NCBI GenBank assembly: GCA_003220225.1
Contig: QHRU01000045.1
Location: 2,586 to 66,585 of the forward strand
DNA from: Candidatus Rokuibacteriota bacterium
GTDB lineage: Bacteria > Methylomirabilota > Methylomirabilia > Rokubacteriales > CSP1-6
DNA length: 64,000 nucleotides
Direction: 5' to 3'
How positions within the stretch are numbered: the stretch's first letter is position 1; every line of letters begins with the position of its first letter. This document shows positions 20,164 through 31,574 of this stretch, one piece after another. The translations under genes and the position numbers were made by a program. The notes beneath the pieces were generated by a model. That model was given only the letters and a program-made list of their open reading frames with translations. It made no database searches and was not told the origin of the DNA.

Positions 20164-22122
20164 TCAACGCGGGGCGGAAACGAGCAGCGCCATGAGCTGC
20201 TCCAGGTTCACCGGCTTCGTGAGGTGCGCCTCGAAGCCTGCCGTGAGGGCCTCGCGCATGTCCTCCGCCCGGCCGTAGCCGGTCAGCGCGATGAGCCGCA
20301 CCCCGGCGAGCTCGCCGCGCGCGCGGACCCGGCGCGCGACCTCGAAGCCGTCGATGTCGGGCAGGCCGATGTCGCACAGCACGATGTCCGGGCGCATGCG
20401 CACAGCCGCGCGCAGCCCGTCCTCGCCGTCCGCCGCGGTCTCCACGGTGGCGCCCTCGACCTCCAGCATGAGCTTCAGCACGTCGCGCGTGTCGGCGTTG
20501 TCCTCGATGACGAGGACCGCGTGGCTCTCGAGGCGCGGGCGCGCGCCGGCGGGCGGCGCGCTCGCCGCGGCCTCGGGCCGCGACCGCGGCAGCTCGACGC
20601 GGAAGCGCGCGCCGAGGCCGGCCGAGGCCACGGTGACGGTGCCGCCGTGCAGCTCGGTGAGCCGGCGCACGAGGTCGAGGCCGATGCCGAGGCCGCCGCG
20701 CCGCGTGGACTGCCGGCCCTGTCGGAACGGCTCGAAGATGATCGGCAGGTCGCTCTCCGCGATGCCCTCGCCGCTGTCGTTGACCTCGATCACCGCGCGC
20801 GTCTCGCGCGACTCGAGCCGCACGCCGACGCGCCCGCCGGCGGGCGTGAACTTCAGCGCGTTGGTGAGCAGGTTGCTGACCACCTGCTGCACGCGTGCGG
20901 CATCGCCCCACATCGGCACCGGCTCGTCGGGCAGCGTCGCGCCGAGCCGCACGCCCTTGAGGGTGGCCGCCTCCTCGACGACCTCCACCGCGGCGCGCAC
21001 CTGCTCGCGCAGGTCGAAGGTCTCCGGGCGCAGCATGAGCTTGCCGTGCAGGATGTGCGAGAGGTCGAGCAGGTCGTCGACCAGCCGGACTTGTTGCCGG
21101 ATGTTGCGGTGCACCACCTCCAGCGCGCGCGTGGTGATGTCGTCGAGCTTGCCGTGGCGGCGCAGCACCTCCGTCCAGCCGAGGATCGGCTGCAGCGGCG
21201 TGCGCAGCTCGTGCGAGAGCGCGGCGATGAAGTCGTCCTTGAGCTGGTTGGCCTCTTCGGCCGCCGCGCGCGCCGCCTCCAGATCCGCGAGCGCGCGTGT
21301 CTGCTCGGTGACGTCGTGCCAGGTGACGACCGTTGCGTAGATGGCGCCGTCTCGTCGCAGCGGGTGGGCGCTGACCTCGGTGCGCCGGGTCGTTCCGTCG
21401 GCGACCGCGATCAGCACCGTCATCGCGGAGACGGTCTCGCCGCGGAGCGCGCGGTACGAGGGCAGCCGCTCGGCGGGCAGCGGCGTGCCGTCCACCTCGC
21501 AGATACGCAGGCGCTTGATGCGATCGGCCGGCTGCTCGCCGGCCGGCATGTCGCCGAGGAGACTCCGGCCGCGGCCGTTCGTGAACAGCAGAGCACCGTC
21601 GGCGCCGATGATGAAGATGCCTTCGTTGATCAGGTCGACGAGGGTCCGCAGCTCCGCCGCGTGCTCGGTCGCCTCGCGCTCGAGCTGGCGCGCGCCGGTG
21701 ACGTCGTGGAAGACGGAGACGCTGCCCGTCAGCCGTCCCTCGGCGTCGCGCAGCGGCACGGTGTTGACGAGGAAGATGGCGGGCCGGCCCTCGAGCTCGA
21801 GCGTCAGCTCGGCGCCGATCAGCGCCTCGCCCTGCGCGAGCGCGCGCCGGATCGGGTGCAGCGCGGGCGTCAGCCGCCCGCCGTCGGGCGTCCGCGCCGG
21901 AAGCCGCTCGAGGAGATCGCTCACCGGATGGCCGACGTCGCGGGCGGCGCCGAGCACGCGCGCCGCCGTCGCGTTCGCGAACGTGAGCCGGCCCTGCGCG
22001 TCGGTGACGAGCACGGGCTCCACGAGGGCGTCGAGCGCGGCGCCGAGGACGGTGGTTGGATCGACGGACATCATGCGCGGTTTCGCGCCTGGGAGGATAG
22101 CATGCGCGTCCACGCGGTCCAT
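20164..22122 (-). CDS. Hybrid sensor histidine kinase (PAS domains - HisKA - HATPase - C-terminal receiver)
   Basis: H-box ALSHELRTPL, N/G boxes, and a C-terminal receiver (VLVIEDNADTR ... VLCDIGLPDIDGFE). Confidence 0.85.
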   Translation of the reverse strand: MDRVDAHAILPGAKPRMMSVDPTTVLGAALDALVEPVLVTDAQGRLTFANATAARVLGAARDVGHPVSDLLERLPARTPDGGRLTPALHPIRRALAQGEALIGAELTLELEGRPAIFLVNTVPLRDAEGRLTGSVSVFHDVTGARQLEREATEHAAELRTLVDLINEGIFIIGADGALLFTNGRGRSLLGDMPAGEQPADRIKRLRICEVDGTPLPAERLPSYRALRGETVSAMTVLIAVADGTTRRTEVSAHPLRRDGAIYATVVTWHDVTEQTRALADLEAARAAAEEANQLKDDFIAALSHELRTPLQPILGWTEVLRRHGKLDDITTRALEVVHRNIRQQVRLVDDLLDLSHILHGKLMLRPETFDLREQVRAAVEVVEEAATLKGVRLGATLPDEPVPMWGDAARVQQVVSNLLTNALKFTPAGGRVGVRLESRETRAVIEVNDSGEGIAESDLPIIFEPFRQGRQSTRRGGLGIGLDLVRRLTELHGGTVTVASAGLGARFRVELPRSRPEAAASAPPAGARPRLESHAVLVIEDNADTRDVLKLMLEVEGATVETAADGEDGLRAAVRMRPDIVLCDIGLPDIDGFEVARRVRARGELAGVRLIALTGYGRAEDMREALTAGFEAHLTKPVNLEQLMALLVSAPR

Positions 22123-22607
22123 CCCAGGAGTCCGAGCGCGGCGAGCATCGCGAGCGCGCCGAGGCCGAACGTGAGCCGGCCGAGCGACTCCGCCGCGTAC
22201 AGCAGACCCAGCCGGCCCAGGATGAAGTTCCAGTCGTGGATCAGCCCGTCGGCGAGGAGGGGCAGCGCCATCGCGCGGCCGTCGGCGACGTAGACGGCGA
22301 CGTCGGCGAGGCTCTGGCCCGTCCAGAACAGCGTCACCGCCGCCGAGCCGTACTGCGTTCGCGCGAGGAAGACGGCCGTGCAGACGGCGGGGACCAGCAC
22401 CTGATTGAGCGAGCCGCCGAGCACGCCGATGAACTGACCGAAAAATCCGAAGATCACGTGCCCGGCTTCGTGGAAGACGAGGTCGATCAGGTGCAGGAAG
22501 TTCGGGATCGCGCCCGACGGCATCGCGATGCCGTTGGCGAGGACGAGGGCCGTGAGGAGACCGAGCGCCACGAACCCGATGAGCCGACCGACGACTTCAG
22601 CGGCCAT
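22071..22607 (-). CDS. Small polytopic membrane protein with HExxH motif (putative zincin-like metallopeptidase, DUF3267-like)
   Basis: Internal start MAAEVVG, with an AAGGAG Shine-Dalgarno 6-7 nt upstream. The HExxH motif is FHEAGHVIFGF, and there are four hydrophobic helices. Confidence 0.5.
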   Translation of the reverse strand: MAAEVVGRLIGFVALGLLTALVLANGIAMPSGAIPNFLHLIDLVFHEAGHVIFGFFGQFIGVLGGSLNQVLVPAVCTAVFLARTQYGSAAVTLFWTGQSLADVAVYVADGRAMALPLLADGLIHDWNFILGRLGLLYAAESLGRLTFGLGALAMLAALGLLGWTAWTRMLSSQARNRA

Positions 22608-22736
22608 GGCACTCCTTGTATACGCCGTTATGACACCCGAGACGTCAGCGCGACACGTGCCGGGTCGTCGACGGCGCGCAACCCGGCGATCCCGCGAGAG
22701 CGGAGGCTGGGCATCGCCCTTGCATCGGCGCGCGCC

Positions 22737-23102
22737 GTGGCCAAGCAGATCCTCGTGGTGGACGACCAGCCGTACCTGCGCGACGTGGAAGTTCTCATCT
22801 TGAAGGCGGCCGGCTACGCGGCGACGGCGCTGGGGACGGCGAGCGACGCCCTCGCCAGGCTCGCCGACATCCGACCGGACCTGATCCTGCTGGACCTCTC
22901 GATGCCCGGGATGAGCGGCCGCCAGTTCATCAAGCGCCTGCGCGCCCACGACGAGTGGCAGGGACTGCCGGTGATCCTCTCGAGCGGCTTCCTCGCAGAG
23001 GACGCCGACGCGGCCCTGGAGCCCGGTGTCGAGCTGCTGCCCAAGCCATTCAGCGATACCGCGCTGCTCAATCGCGTGCGCCTGCTGATCGGCCCGGCCT
23101 AG
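22737..23102 (+). CDS. Single-domain CheY-like response regulator
   Basis: Receiver motifs ILVVDDQPY ... ILLDLSMPGMSG ... KP. The start is a GTG chosen by frame, so the exact start is uncertain. Confidence 0.7.
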   Translation: MAKQILVVDDQPYLRDVEVLILKAAGYAATALGTASDALARLADIRPDLILLDLSMPGMSGRQFIKRLRAHDEWQGLPVILSSGFLAEDADAALEPGVELLPKPFSDTALLNRVRLLIGPA

Positions 23103-23104
23103 GA

Positions 23105-23204
23105 CATGGGGGGCCCCGACATGGCCCCACCATGAACGTGAGGGGCCCCGAAATGGCCCCTCACACTCCCCAACGTTCGGAGCGCCCCGGGAAACCCGTG
23201 GCGC
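23105..23204. repeat. REP/MITE-like element, copy B (two hairpin units + tail)
   Basis: Contains ggggggccccgacatggccccacc and gaggggccccgaaatggcccctcac, followed by actccccaacgttcggagcgccccgggaaacccgtggcgc. It is the reverse-complement counterpart of copies A and F. Confidence 0.6.
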
Positions 23205-23208
23205 TCCT

Positions 23209-24606
23209 CTATTCCGCGCCCAGCGCTTCCAGCGCGGCCGTGAAGCAGCCGAGGGGTGCCCGCACCACGCCCGCCCCGATCTGGCCGACGCCCGCGCGGC
23301 GACTCGCGATCCCCGTGTTGATGGCCGGCGTGATGGAGGTCTCGACCACGAGCCGCGCGTCCACGCCCACGGGGCTGCCGCGGTCGTCGAGGGCGGGGAT
23401 GCGGAAGTGCGGGTGCTCGCCGGCGCAGATCTCGCGCATCTCCGCGGTCATCGCCGCCGCCTCGGCCGTGCCGCCGGCGCCGAGGAAGCGCGCCACCGCC
23501 GGCGCGGCCACCATCGCGAACGCGCCGAGGCCGATCGTCTCGACGATCGCGCTATCGCCCATGTCGGGGTTCGCGTCGTCGGGACCGAAGCCGGGGAAAT
23601 AGAGGCCTTGCGGCATGTTCACGGGGGCGGTGAACCAGCGCTCGCCGCAGCCGGAGACGCGGATGCCGAAGTCGGTGCCGTTGCGCGCCATGACGGTCAC
23701 GAGCGTTGAGCCGGCGACGCCGCCGGCGGGATCGACCATCGACTTTCCCGCGGCCATCGCGAGGTTCAGGAAGAACTGGTCGTTGCCCGCCAGGAACTCC
23801 GCCAGGCGCGCGACGGCGTGGTGGCGCCCGCCGACCTGCGCGATCCCCGGCATCATCGCGCGCGTGAGCAGCGCGGTGGCCGCCAGGTTGCGCTGGTGCA
23901 TCTCGTCGGCCATGCGCAGCGCCTGCGCCATCAGCGCGCGCAGATCGATGCCGCCGAGCGCGCGCAGCCCGGCGCCGAGCAGCGGCCCCGCCTCTGTGGC
24001 GATCCAGTTGAGGCGCGCCAGCACGCTGTCGTCGTTGGCGCCGTATCGGAGCACTTTGCCGAGTCCCTCGTTGATCGTCGCGTGGCCGCGCGTGCCGTGG
24101 GCCCGGTTCTCGACGACGAACACCGGCATCGAGGGCGTGACGACGCCCGCCATCGGCCCCGCGGTGGCGTGGTGGTGGCAGGGCTCGAGCCGCACGGCGC
24201 CGCGCTCGACCAGCTCGCGCGCGGCGTCGTCGTTGGCCGCCCAGCCCTCGTAACGGATCGCGCCCAGGATCGCCGCGCGCACCGGCTCGCTGACGCGCTC
24301 CCACGGAAGCGGCGGACCGGAGTGCAGCACGGTGCGCTCGGGCAGCTCGAGCGCCTCGCGCGCCGGCCGGCAGTCCACCAGGAACGGCGCGCCGCTCGTG
24401 AGCCGCTCGAGCGCCGTCGCGTTGGCGCGATCGATCGCCGCGCGCCGCGCGTCGAGCCGGGCCAGCAGCGCGGCCAGGCGCGGGTCGCCGCCGGCGGGCG
24501 GGCGCCAGTCGACGTGCACGGCGGGAACGTCGAGCGCGGCGAGCGTGAGCGCGAAGAGGTCGAGACCGACGTTGACGACGCGCGGTGCTGCGCCGAGCAG
24601 CGCCAT
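23209..24606 (-). CDS. DUF1116 (YlbE-like) protein, partner of FdrA
   Basis: Start MALLGAAPRVVNV overlaps the fdrA stop (TGATG). The protein is ~465 aa. Confidence 0.7.
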   Translation of the reverse strand: MALLGAAPRVVNVGLDLFALTLAALDVPAVHVDWRPPAGGDPRLAALLARLDARRAAIDRANATALERLTSGAPFLVDCRPAREALELPERTVLHSGPPLPWERVSEPVRAAILGAIRYEGWAANDDAARELVERGAVRLEPCHHHATAGPMAGVVTPSMPVFVVENRAHGTRGHATINEGLGKVLRYGANDDSVLARLNWIATEAGPLLGAGLRALGGIDLRALMAQALRMADEMHQRNLAATALLTRAMMPGIAQVGGRHHAVARLAEFLAGNDQFFLNLAMAAGKSMVDPAGGVAGSTLVTVMARNGTDFGIRVSGCGERWFTAPVNMPQGLYFPGFGPDDANPDMGDSAIVETIGLGAFAMVAAPAVARFLGAGGTAEAAAMTAEMREICAGEHPHFRIPALDDRGSPVGVDARLVVETSITPAINTGIASRRAGVGQIGAGVVRAPLGCFTAALEALGAE

Positions 24607-26123
24607 CAACGGGCTCCCGCGCGCCGGGCGATCGCCGCCGCGAGCCGCGCCGCCTGGGCGTTCCCGTCCATCACGATGACACCGGCATCGCGCAGTGTGG
24701 CGATCTGAGCGGCGCGCGACTGCGGGTCGCCGTCGGTGCCGCACACGCTGGCCACGACGGCGAGCGGGCGGCGCGCGCGGACGGCGCGGATCGCCGGCAC
24801 GATCTCTCCGGCGGGATCGCGGTGCGCGCCATAGCCGAGCACGACGTCGACGAGCAGGACCGCGGTGCCGGCGTCGCGGCCCTCCCTGTCGATCCACTCG
24901 CGGCGCACGCGGCCGTCGATCATCGGGTGCGGGCGGCCGACGGTGAAGACGTCCTCGCCGAGGTCGACGACGCGATGGCCGGACCCGCCTGTCGTGAGCG
25001 AGGTCGCGACCTCGGCGAGACTCCCGGCGAGCAGGTCGATCGCCTCGTAGGCGAGCGTGCCGCCGGAGTAGACGCCGCGCACGTAGCGCTGGCCCGGGGC
25101 GAGGCCGCGCGCGGCGTCGGCGACGAGGCGCTCGACCTCCGCGGCCGCGAGGGTGAACGCCGTCGCCGCCGGCGTCGTCCCGCGCGCGAGCGCGACGGCG
25201 GCGCGGCCGGCGTCCTCCAGCGTCGCGGCGACGCGCCAGGGGCCGGCGGCCGGCGTGCTCGCTCCCGCGAAATAGGCCACGCAGGGCTTGCCGAGCTTCG
25301 CCGCGGCGTCGGCAAGCCGGCGCGCGACGCCCGCGCCCGGCGGCTTGCCCACGAGGCACACGACCTCGGTCGCCGCGTCGCCCGCGAGCAGCTCGAGCGC
25401 GCGGAGCATCATGAGCCCGCCGACCTCGTCGGAGAGGTCGCGGCCGCCGACGCCGATCGCCTGCGAGACGCCCTCGCCCTCCCGGGCGATCGTGCAGGTC
25501 GTCTCTTGCAGGCCCGTGCCCGACGCCGCGGCGAGGCCGATGCGCCCGCGCGGCACCGCGTTGGCGAAGCCGAGCGGCACGCCGTCCACGATGGCGGTGC
25601 CGCAGTCCGGCCCCATCATGAGCAGGCCGCGCTCGAGCGCCAGTCGCTTCAGCGCGACTTCGGTCTCGACGGGGACGTTGTCGCTGAACAGCATCACGTG
25701 CAGCCCCGCGCGCAGCGCCTGCAGCGCCTCGGCGCCCGCGTACGCGCCGGGCACGGAGATCAGCGCGAGATTCGCGTCGGGCAGGATCTTCAGCGCCGAG
25801 GTCAGCGTGCGCGGCGTCGCGGCCGTCGTGTTGCCGACCGCGATCGCTCTACGCGCGAGCAGCGCGTGCTCGGCCGCCGCGCGCGCCGCGTCGGCGGCGG
25901 CGGGCGAATCGGCGATCACCGCGATCACGAGGTCCGCGGGCCCGGCCGCCGCGCCCTCGGGCGCGAGCAGGCCCGCCTGCTGGAGGAGCTCGCGGTTGTG
26001 CGGCGTGCCCATCATGGCCGCCGCCGCCGTCACGCCGGGCACCGCCTCCATGTCGCGCGAGAGCCGCATGAGCGTGACGGAGTCCTGGTAGAACGACGCG
26101 CGGACGAAGTTGAACGCGGGCAT
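24606..26123 (-). CDS. FdrA-family protein (succinyl-CoA synthetase alpha-like CoA-binding fold)
   Basis: N-terminus MPAFNFVRASFYQDSVTLMRLS. The protein is 505 aa. Confidence 0.8.
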   Translation of the reverse strand: MPAFNFVRASFYQDSVTLMRLSRDMEAVPGVTAAAAMMGTPHNRELLQQAGLLAPEGAAAGPADLVIAVIADSPAAADAARAAAEHALLARRAIAVGNTTAATPRTLTSALKILPDANLALISVPGAYAGAEALQALRAGLHVMLFSDNVPVETEVALKRLALERGLLMMGPDCGTAIVDGVPLGFANAVPRGRIGLAAASGTGLQETTCTIAREGEGVSQAIGVGGRDLSDEVGGLMMLRALELLAGDAATEVVCLVGKPPGAGVARRLADAAAKLGKPCVAYFAGASTPAAGPWRVAATLEDAGRAAVALARGTTPAATAFTLAAAEVERLVADAARGLAPGQRYVRGVYSGGTLAYEAIDLLAGSLAEVATSLTTGGSGHRVVDLGEDVFTVGRPHPMIDGRVRREWIDREGRDAGTAVLLVDVVLGYGAHRDPAGEIVPAIRAVRARRPLAVVASVCGTDGDPQSRAAQIATLRDAGVIVMDGNAQAARLAAAIARRAGAR

Positions 26124-26201
26124 CGCGCGCCGATCCTACACCATTCGAATCGGTCGAGGTCTCGGTGCTCAGGAGTTGTGAGCCGACAAACGAGTCGGCG
26201 G

Positions 26202-27557
<1,356 letters not shown>

Positions 27558-27559
27558 GC

Positions 27560-29788
27560 TCAGGCCCCCACGGGCGCGGGCGCGCGCGTCACCGGTACCT
27601 CGATGACGAAGCGCGTGCCCGAGGGCTGGTTGTCCTCGACGCGGATGATGCCGCCGTGCTCGTTGACGATCTCGCTCACGATCGGCAGGCCGAGCCCCAT
27701 GCCGGTGACCTTGGTCGAGAAGTAGGGCAGGAAGAGCTTGTCGCGATCCTCGCTCGGGACGCCGGGCCCGGTGTCGGCGACGCTGAGCCGGACGCGCGCC
27801 GCCTCCGGCACGTACTCCGTCTCGAGGGTCACCGTCCCGCCCGAGCCCACCGCCTCCACGGCGTTGTCGACGAGGTTGAGAACGGCGCGCTTGATGTGGT
27901 CCGGATCGACCTGGAGCACCGGCACGTCCTCGGCGTGGCGCGTGACGATCGTGCAGTGCGGGTGCGACTCGCGGTAGAGGCTCGCCACCGCGTCCACGAG
28001 CGGCCGCACGTCGGTGAGCTTCGGCACGAAGGCCGGCATCCGCGCGAAGCGCGAGAACTCGTCGACCATCCGCTTGAGGGCGTCCACCTCCTGGATGATC
28101 GTGTCCGTGCACTCGGTCACCAGCTGCGCGTCGTCGCCGCCGACGCGCGAGAGCCGCCGCCTCAGGCGCTGGGCGGAGAGCTGGATCGGCGTGAGCGGGT
28201 TCTTGATCTCGTGAGCGATGCGCTGCGCGACCTCGCGCCAGGCGGCCAGCCGCTGCGCCTTGAGCAGCTCCGTGAGGTCGTCGAAGACGACCACCGCCCC
28301 GTCGTAGGCGCCCTCGGGCCCGCGCAGCGCGGTGGCGGAGGCGAGGAGCGACAGCGCGACGCCGCCCCGCCGCATGTGGAGCTGGATGGCCGCGGTGCCG
28401 GTCTTGGGCCGCCGCGTCCGCTGCACCAGCGTGACGACCTCGCGCGCCTCCGGCCCCGTGAAGACCTCCTCGAGCAGGCGGCCGATGGCCGCCGCCTCCG
28501 CCACGCCGAACATCCGGGCCGCCGCGCGGTTGAGCGTGGTGATCCGCCCGAGCGCGTCGAGCGAGACGACGCCGGTGGTGATCGCCTCCAGCACCGTCTC
28601 GATGTAGCGCCGGCGGTCCTCCAGCTCGGTGTGCTTGTCCTGGAGGTCGACGTAGGCCTCCTCGAGCCGGTGCTTGGAGCTCGAGAGGTCGTCGGTCATC
28701 CGGTTGAACGAGTCCACGAGCAGGCCGATCTCGTCGTCGGCGCGCGCCTGGACCTTGTAGGCGAGGTTGCCGGCGGCGACCTCGCGGGTGCCCTCGGCGA
28801 GCTGCGCGATGGGGCCGGTGATGCCCCGCGCGAGGTAGAGACCGAACCACGTGAACCCGAACACGACGATCAGGGTCATGAGGAGGAAGAGCAGGATGTA
28901 GATGCCCTTGATCGGGTTCTTGAGCAGCTTGAGCTGCTTGTACTCGCGGAACGCCTGCGAGATCCCGCGTACCTTGGCCTCGAGCCGCTCCGTCACGTGC
29001 GTGCCGACCACCACGGCGCCGATCACGTGCCGCTCGCCGCCCCGCGCCGCCCAGATCGGCGTGACCGCCTCGATCAGGTCCCCCGAGGTCAGCTCGCGGA
29101 CGGTGGTGACCTCCTGCCCGGCGAGGCCGCGCTTGAGCTGCACCTCGCTCAGCTCGCGCGTGGCGAGGTCGCCGAGGATCGGATCCTTGACGTGGACGAG
29201 CTCCTGGCCCCGGCCGTTGAAGACGGTCAGCGTGCTGATCGACAGCAGATCCTGCTGCTCGGTCAGGTAGGTGGCGAGCGCCTCGCGGCGGTCCTCGGTC
29301 AGGAGGTTCTCGCGGTCGATGGTGCGCGCGAGGTGCTGGCCGTGGCGCAGCGCCGTCCGCTCGAGGTTCGCGTAGTAGGTCTGCGCCACCGACAGCGCCT
29401 GGTCGAGCGGGCGCTCCACCTGCGGCTTGAACCAGCCCTCGATCGACTTGTTGATGAAGTTGGAGGCGATGATGAAGATCAGGATCGCGGGCGCCACCGC
29501 CAGCGAGAGGAAGGCGAGGACGAGCTTGGCCTTGAAGCGCGCGCCGATGACCTTCTGCCGCCGCTCGAAGCCGAGCTTGACGAGGTTGCGGAAGAGCAGG
29601 ATCAGCAGGAGCAGGAAGACCATCAGGTTCAGGTTGAACAGCGCGAAGATCACGATGTTGGAGGCCACCGGCAGCTCGGGCGCGAAGGAGCCGAGGTCGA
29701 AGGCCGAGAGGCCGCCCACCAGCACCAGGAAGCACAGGATGATGAGGAGGTTGCGCTTGCGGCGGTTCTGCTCGGAGAGGAGCGGCAT
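27560..29788 (-). CDS. ntrY: NtrY-like membrane sensor histidine kinase (TM - HAMP - PAS - HisKA - HATPase)
   Basis: The protein is 742 aa with N-terminal TM helices. H-box IAHEIKNPLTP. Confidence 0.8.
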   Translation of the reverse strand: MPLLSEQNRRKRNLLIILCFLVLVGGLSAFDLGSFAPELPVASNIVIFALFNLNLMVFLLLLILLFRNLVKLGFERRQKVIGARFKAKLVLAFLSLAVAPAILIFIIASNFINKSIEGWFKPQVERPLDQALSVAQTYYANLERTALRHGQHLARTIDRENLLTEDRREALATYLTEQQDLLSISTLTVFNGRGQELVHVKDPILGDLATRELSEVQLKRGLAGQEVTTVRELTSGDLIEAVTPIWAARGGERHVIGAVVVGTHVTERLEAKVRGISQAFREYKQLKLLKNPIKGIYILLFLLMTLIVVFGFTWFGLYLARGITGPIAQLAEGTREVAAGNLAYKVQARADDEIGLLVDSFNRMTDDLSSSKHRLEEAYVDLQDKHTELEDRRRYIETVLEAITTGVVSLDALGRITTLNRAAARMFGVAEAAAIGRLLEEVFTGPEAREVVTLVQRTRRPKTGTAAIQLHMRRGGVALSLLASATALRGPEGAYDGAVVVFDDLTELLKAQRLAAWREVAQRIAHEIKNPLTPIQLSAQRLRRRLSRVGGDDAQLVTECTDTIIQEVDALKRMVDEFSRFARMPAFVPKLTDVRPLVDAVASLYRESHPHCTIVTRHAEDVPVLQVDPDHIKRAVLNLVDNAVEAVGSGGTVTLETEYVPEAARVRLSVADTGPGVPSEDRDKLFLPYFSTKVTGMGLGLPIVSEIVNEHGGIIRVEDNQPSGTRFVIEVPVTRAPAPVGA

Positions 29789-29791
29789 CGC

Positions 29792-30373
29792 CTACTGCAT
29801 CCTCTGGATGGTGCGGTACTCCGACTGCCGTTCCGTCTGCTCGGCGGTGCCGGCCATGCGCGTGACGAACGTGTTCTCGCCGTTGAGCGCGGCCTCCGCC
29901 TGCACGCGGACGTAGAAGATCTCCGTCGGGTTGAGGGCGGCGGCCGGGCCGAGCTTGAGCGCGCGCACCTCGGAGAACACCCGTTGCGCGTCGCGCAGGT
30001 CGCGCGTGCCGTACGCGGGATGCGTCTCGCCCTTGAGCGCGATGACCTTGTACTCCTTGCTCACCGCGTTGTAGGCGAGCTGGCGCTCGATGGTCACGCT
30101 GCGCACGAGGCTGTCGCGCCAGAGCCGGTTGTACTGCCAGAGCTCGATCGTGAAGCGCACGTGGGTGGGGATCCCGCTCTGCAGGCCCTCGTGGAAGGTG
30201 GGCGGGATGGCGTCCAGCAGCACCACGCGCACGGTGACCTCGTGGTCGTTCAGATAGATGTCGAGGTCACTGATCCGTAAGTCCGCGCGCGCCGGCGCGG
30301 CCCCTGCCAGCAGCAGCAGCGCCAACGCCGCAGCGGGGAGTCCGGGCCATCGCAGGGCGTTCGGGACCTTCAT
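29792..30373 (-). CDS. Secreted DUF4390-like protein upstream of ntrY
   Basis: Signal peptide MKVPNALRWPGLPAAALALLLLAGAAPARA. The protein is 193 aa. Confidence 0.55.
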   Translation of the reverse strand: MKVPNALRWPGLPAAALALLLLAGAAPARADLRISDLDIYLNDHEVTVRVVLLDAIPPTFHEGLQSGIPTHVRFTIELWQYNRLWRDSLVRSVTIERQLAYNAVSKEYKVIALKGETHPAYGTRDLRDAQRVFSEVRALKLGPAAALNPTEIFYVRVQAEAALNGENTFVTRMAGTAEQTERQSEYRTIQRMQ

Positions 30374-30395
30374 ACGGCGGACGCGCCATTATAAA

Positions 30396-30462
30396 CATGG
30401 GGGACCTCGAAGGGCCCCCCATACCCCCGGACGCTCGGGGCGCCCCGGGGAACCCGGGGCGC
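30396..30462. repeat. REP/MITE-like element, copy C
   Basis: catgggggacctcgaagggccccccat, then acccccggacgctcggggcgccccggggaacccggggcgcc. Same orientation as copy B. Confidence 0.55.
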
Positions 30463-30505
30463 CCCTCGATCGCCTGGCCACCGCCGACCCGCGGCCCGGG
30501 TGCGA

Positions 30506-31417
30506 CTACGAAACGGCGAGGCCGGGGGTGCGGGCGAGGGCCTCGGCCGGCTCGGCGGCCACCGGCGCCGCCACGGCGCGCGCGGCGGCGCGGCGGTCGA
30601 GGCCGAGGGCGCGCTGGACGGCCACCACGAGCTCGAAGTTCAGCGCGTGGCCCGCGTTGCGCGCGATGACGTGCCCCCCGATGCGCCGGCCGAGCAGCGC
30701 CAGGTCACCCAGGAGATCGAGCACCTTGTGGCGCACGAACTCGTCACGGTAGCGGAGCCCGTTGAGGGTGGCGCTCTTGCCGATCACGATCGTGTTGTCG
30801 AGCGAGCCGCCGAGCGCGCGCCCGCTCTTGCGCAGGAAGCCGAGGTCCTTGAGGAAGCCGTACGTGCGCGCCGGCGCGTAGTCGGTGATGAACGACTCCT
30901 CCGTCGGCGTCCACGAGAGCACCTGCGTGCCGATCGCCGGATGCTCGTTGTCGAGGGTGTAGGAGATGCGGAACGTGTCGGCCGGCACGATCTGGATCCA
31001 GCGGCCGCTGCTGCCGGCGCCGATCGCATGCGGGATGCGGATCGGGCGCTGACGCGCGCCCTGCGGCGTGCGCCCGGCGGTCAGCATCAGCTGCACGAAG
31101 GGCTTGGCGCTCCCGTCGGCCGCGGGCAGCTCGCTGCCGTCCACACGGACCTCGAGGTTGTCGATGCCGAGCCCGGCCGCCGCCGCCATCAGGTGCTCGA
31201 TGGTCTGGACGCGCGCGCCGTTCTTGCCGATGGTCGTCGCGTAGTGGGAGTCGACGACGCTCTCGGGCGCCGCGGGGATCGGCTCGCCGTCGTCGCCCAC
31301 GCGGAAGACGATGCCGGAGTCGGCGGGGCCGGGGGACAGCGTCACGCGGACGGTCTTGCCGGAGTGCAGCCCGACACCTTCCAGGCTGACCGCCTTCCGG
31401 AGAGTGTGCTGTCTCAT
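30506..31417 (-). CDS. lpxC: UDP-3-O-acyl-N-acetylglucosamine deacetylase
   Basis: Internal start MRQHTLRKAVSLEGVGLHSGK. It has an unusual Ala/Pro-rich C-terminal tail. Confidence 0.85.
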   Translation of the reverse strand: MRQHTLRKAVSLEGVGLHSGKTVRVTLSPGPADSGIVFRVGDDGEPIPAAPESVVDSHYATTIGKNGARVQTIEHLMAAAAGLGIDNLEVRVDGSELPAADGSAKPFVQLMLTAGRTPQGARQRPIRIPHAIGAGSSGRWIQIVPADTFRISYTLDNEHPAIGTQVLSWTPTEESFITDYAPARTYGFLKDLGFLRKSGRALGGSLDNTIVIGKSATLNGLRYRDEFVRHKVLDLLGDLALLGRRIGGHVIARNAGHALNFELVVAVQRALGLDRRAAARAVAAPVAAEPAEALARTPGLAVS

Positions 31418-31574
31418 GACCGGGCCCAGGGGGAGCAACCGGGGTGCCACACCGTCTATGGAGCCCAACCGCGTGATTCATCAGGCCCAGCTCTTGGACG
31501 GCGGGGGAGCCTGGTGATGCCCGTGTCCCACCGATGACACGGCTCCGGGGGCCCTGAGTCTCACTTTTGAGACG

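Noticed and set aside
26124-26201. Possible sigma-54 promoter upstream of fdrA, next to the ntrX stop
   Set aside because: No TGGCAC-N5-TTGCW match. The segment contains only a short hairpin (gccgactcgtttgtcggc) that is more consistent with an ntrX terminator.
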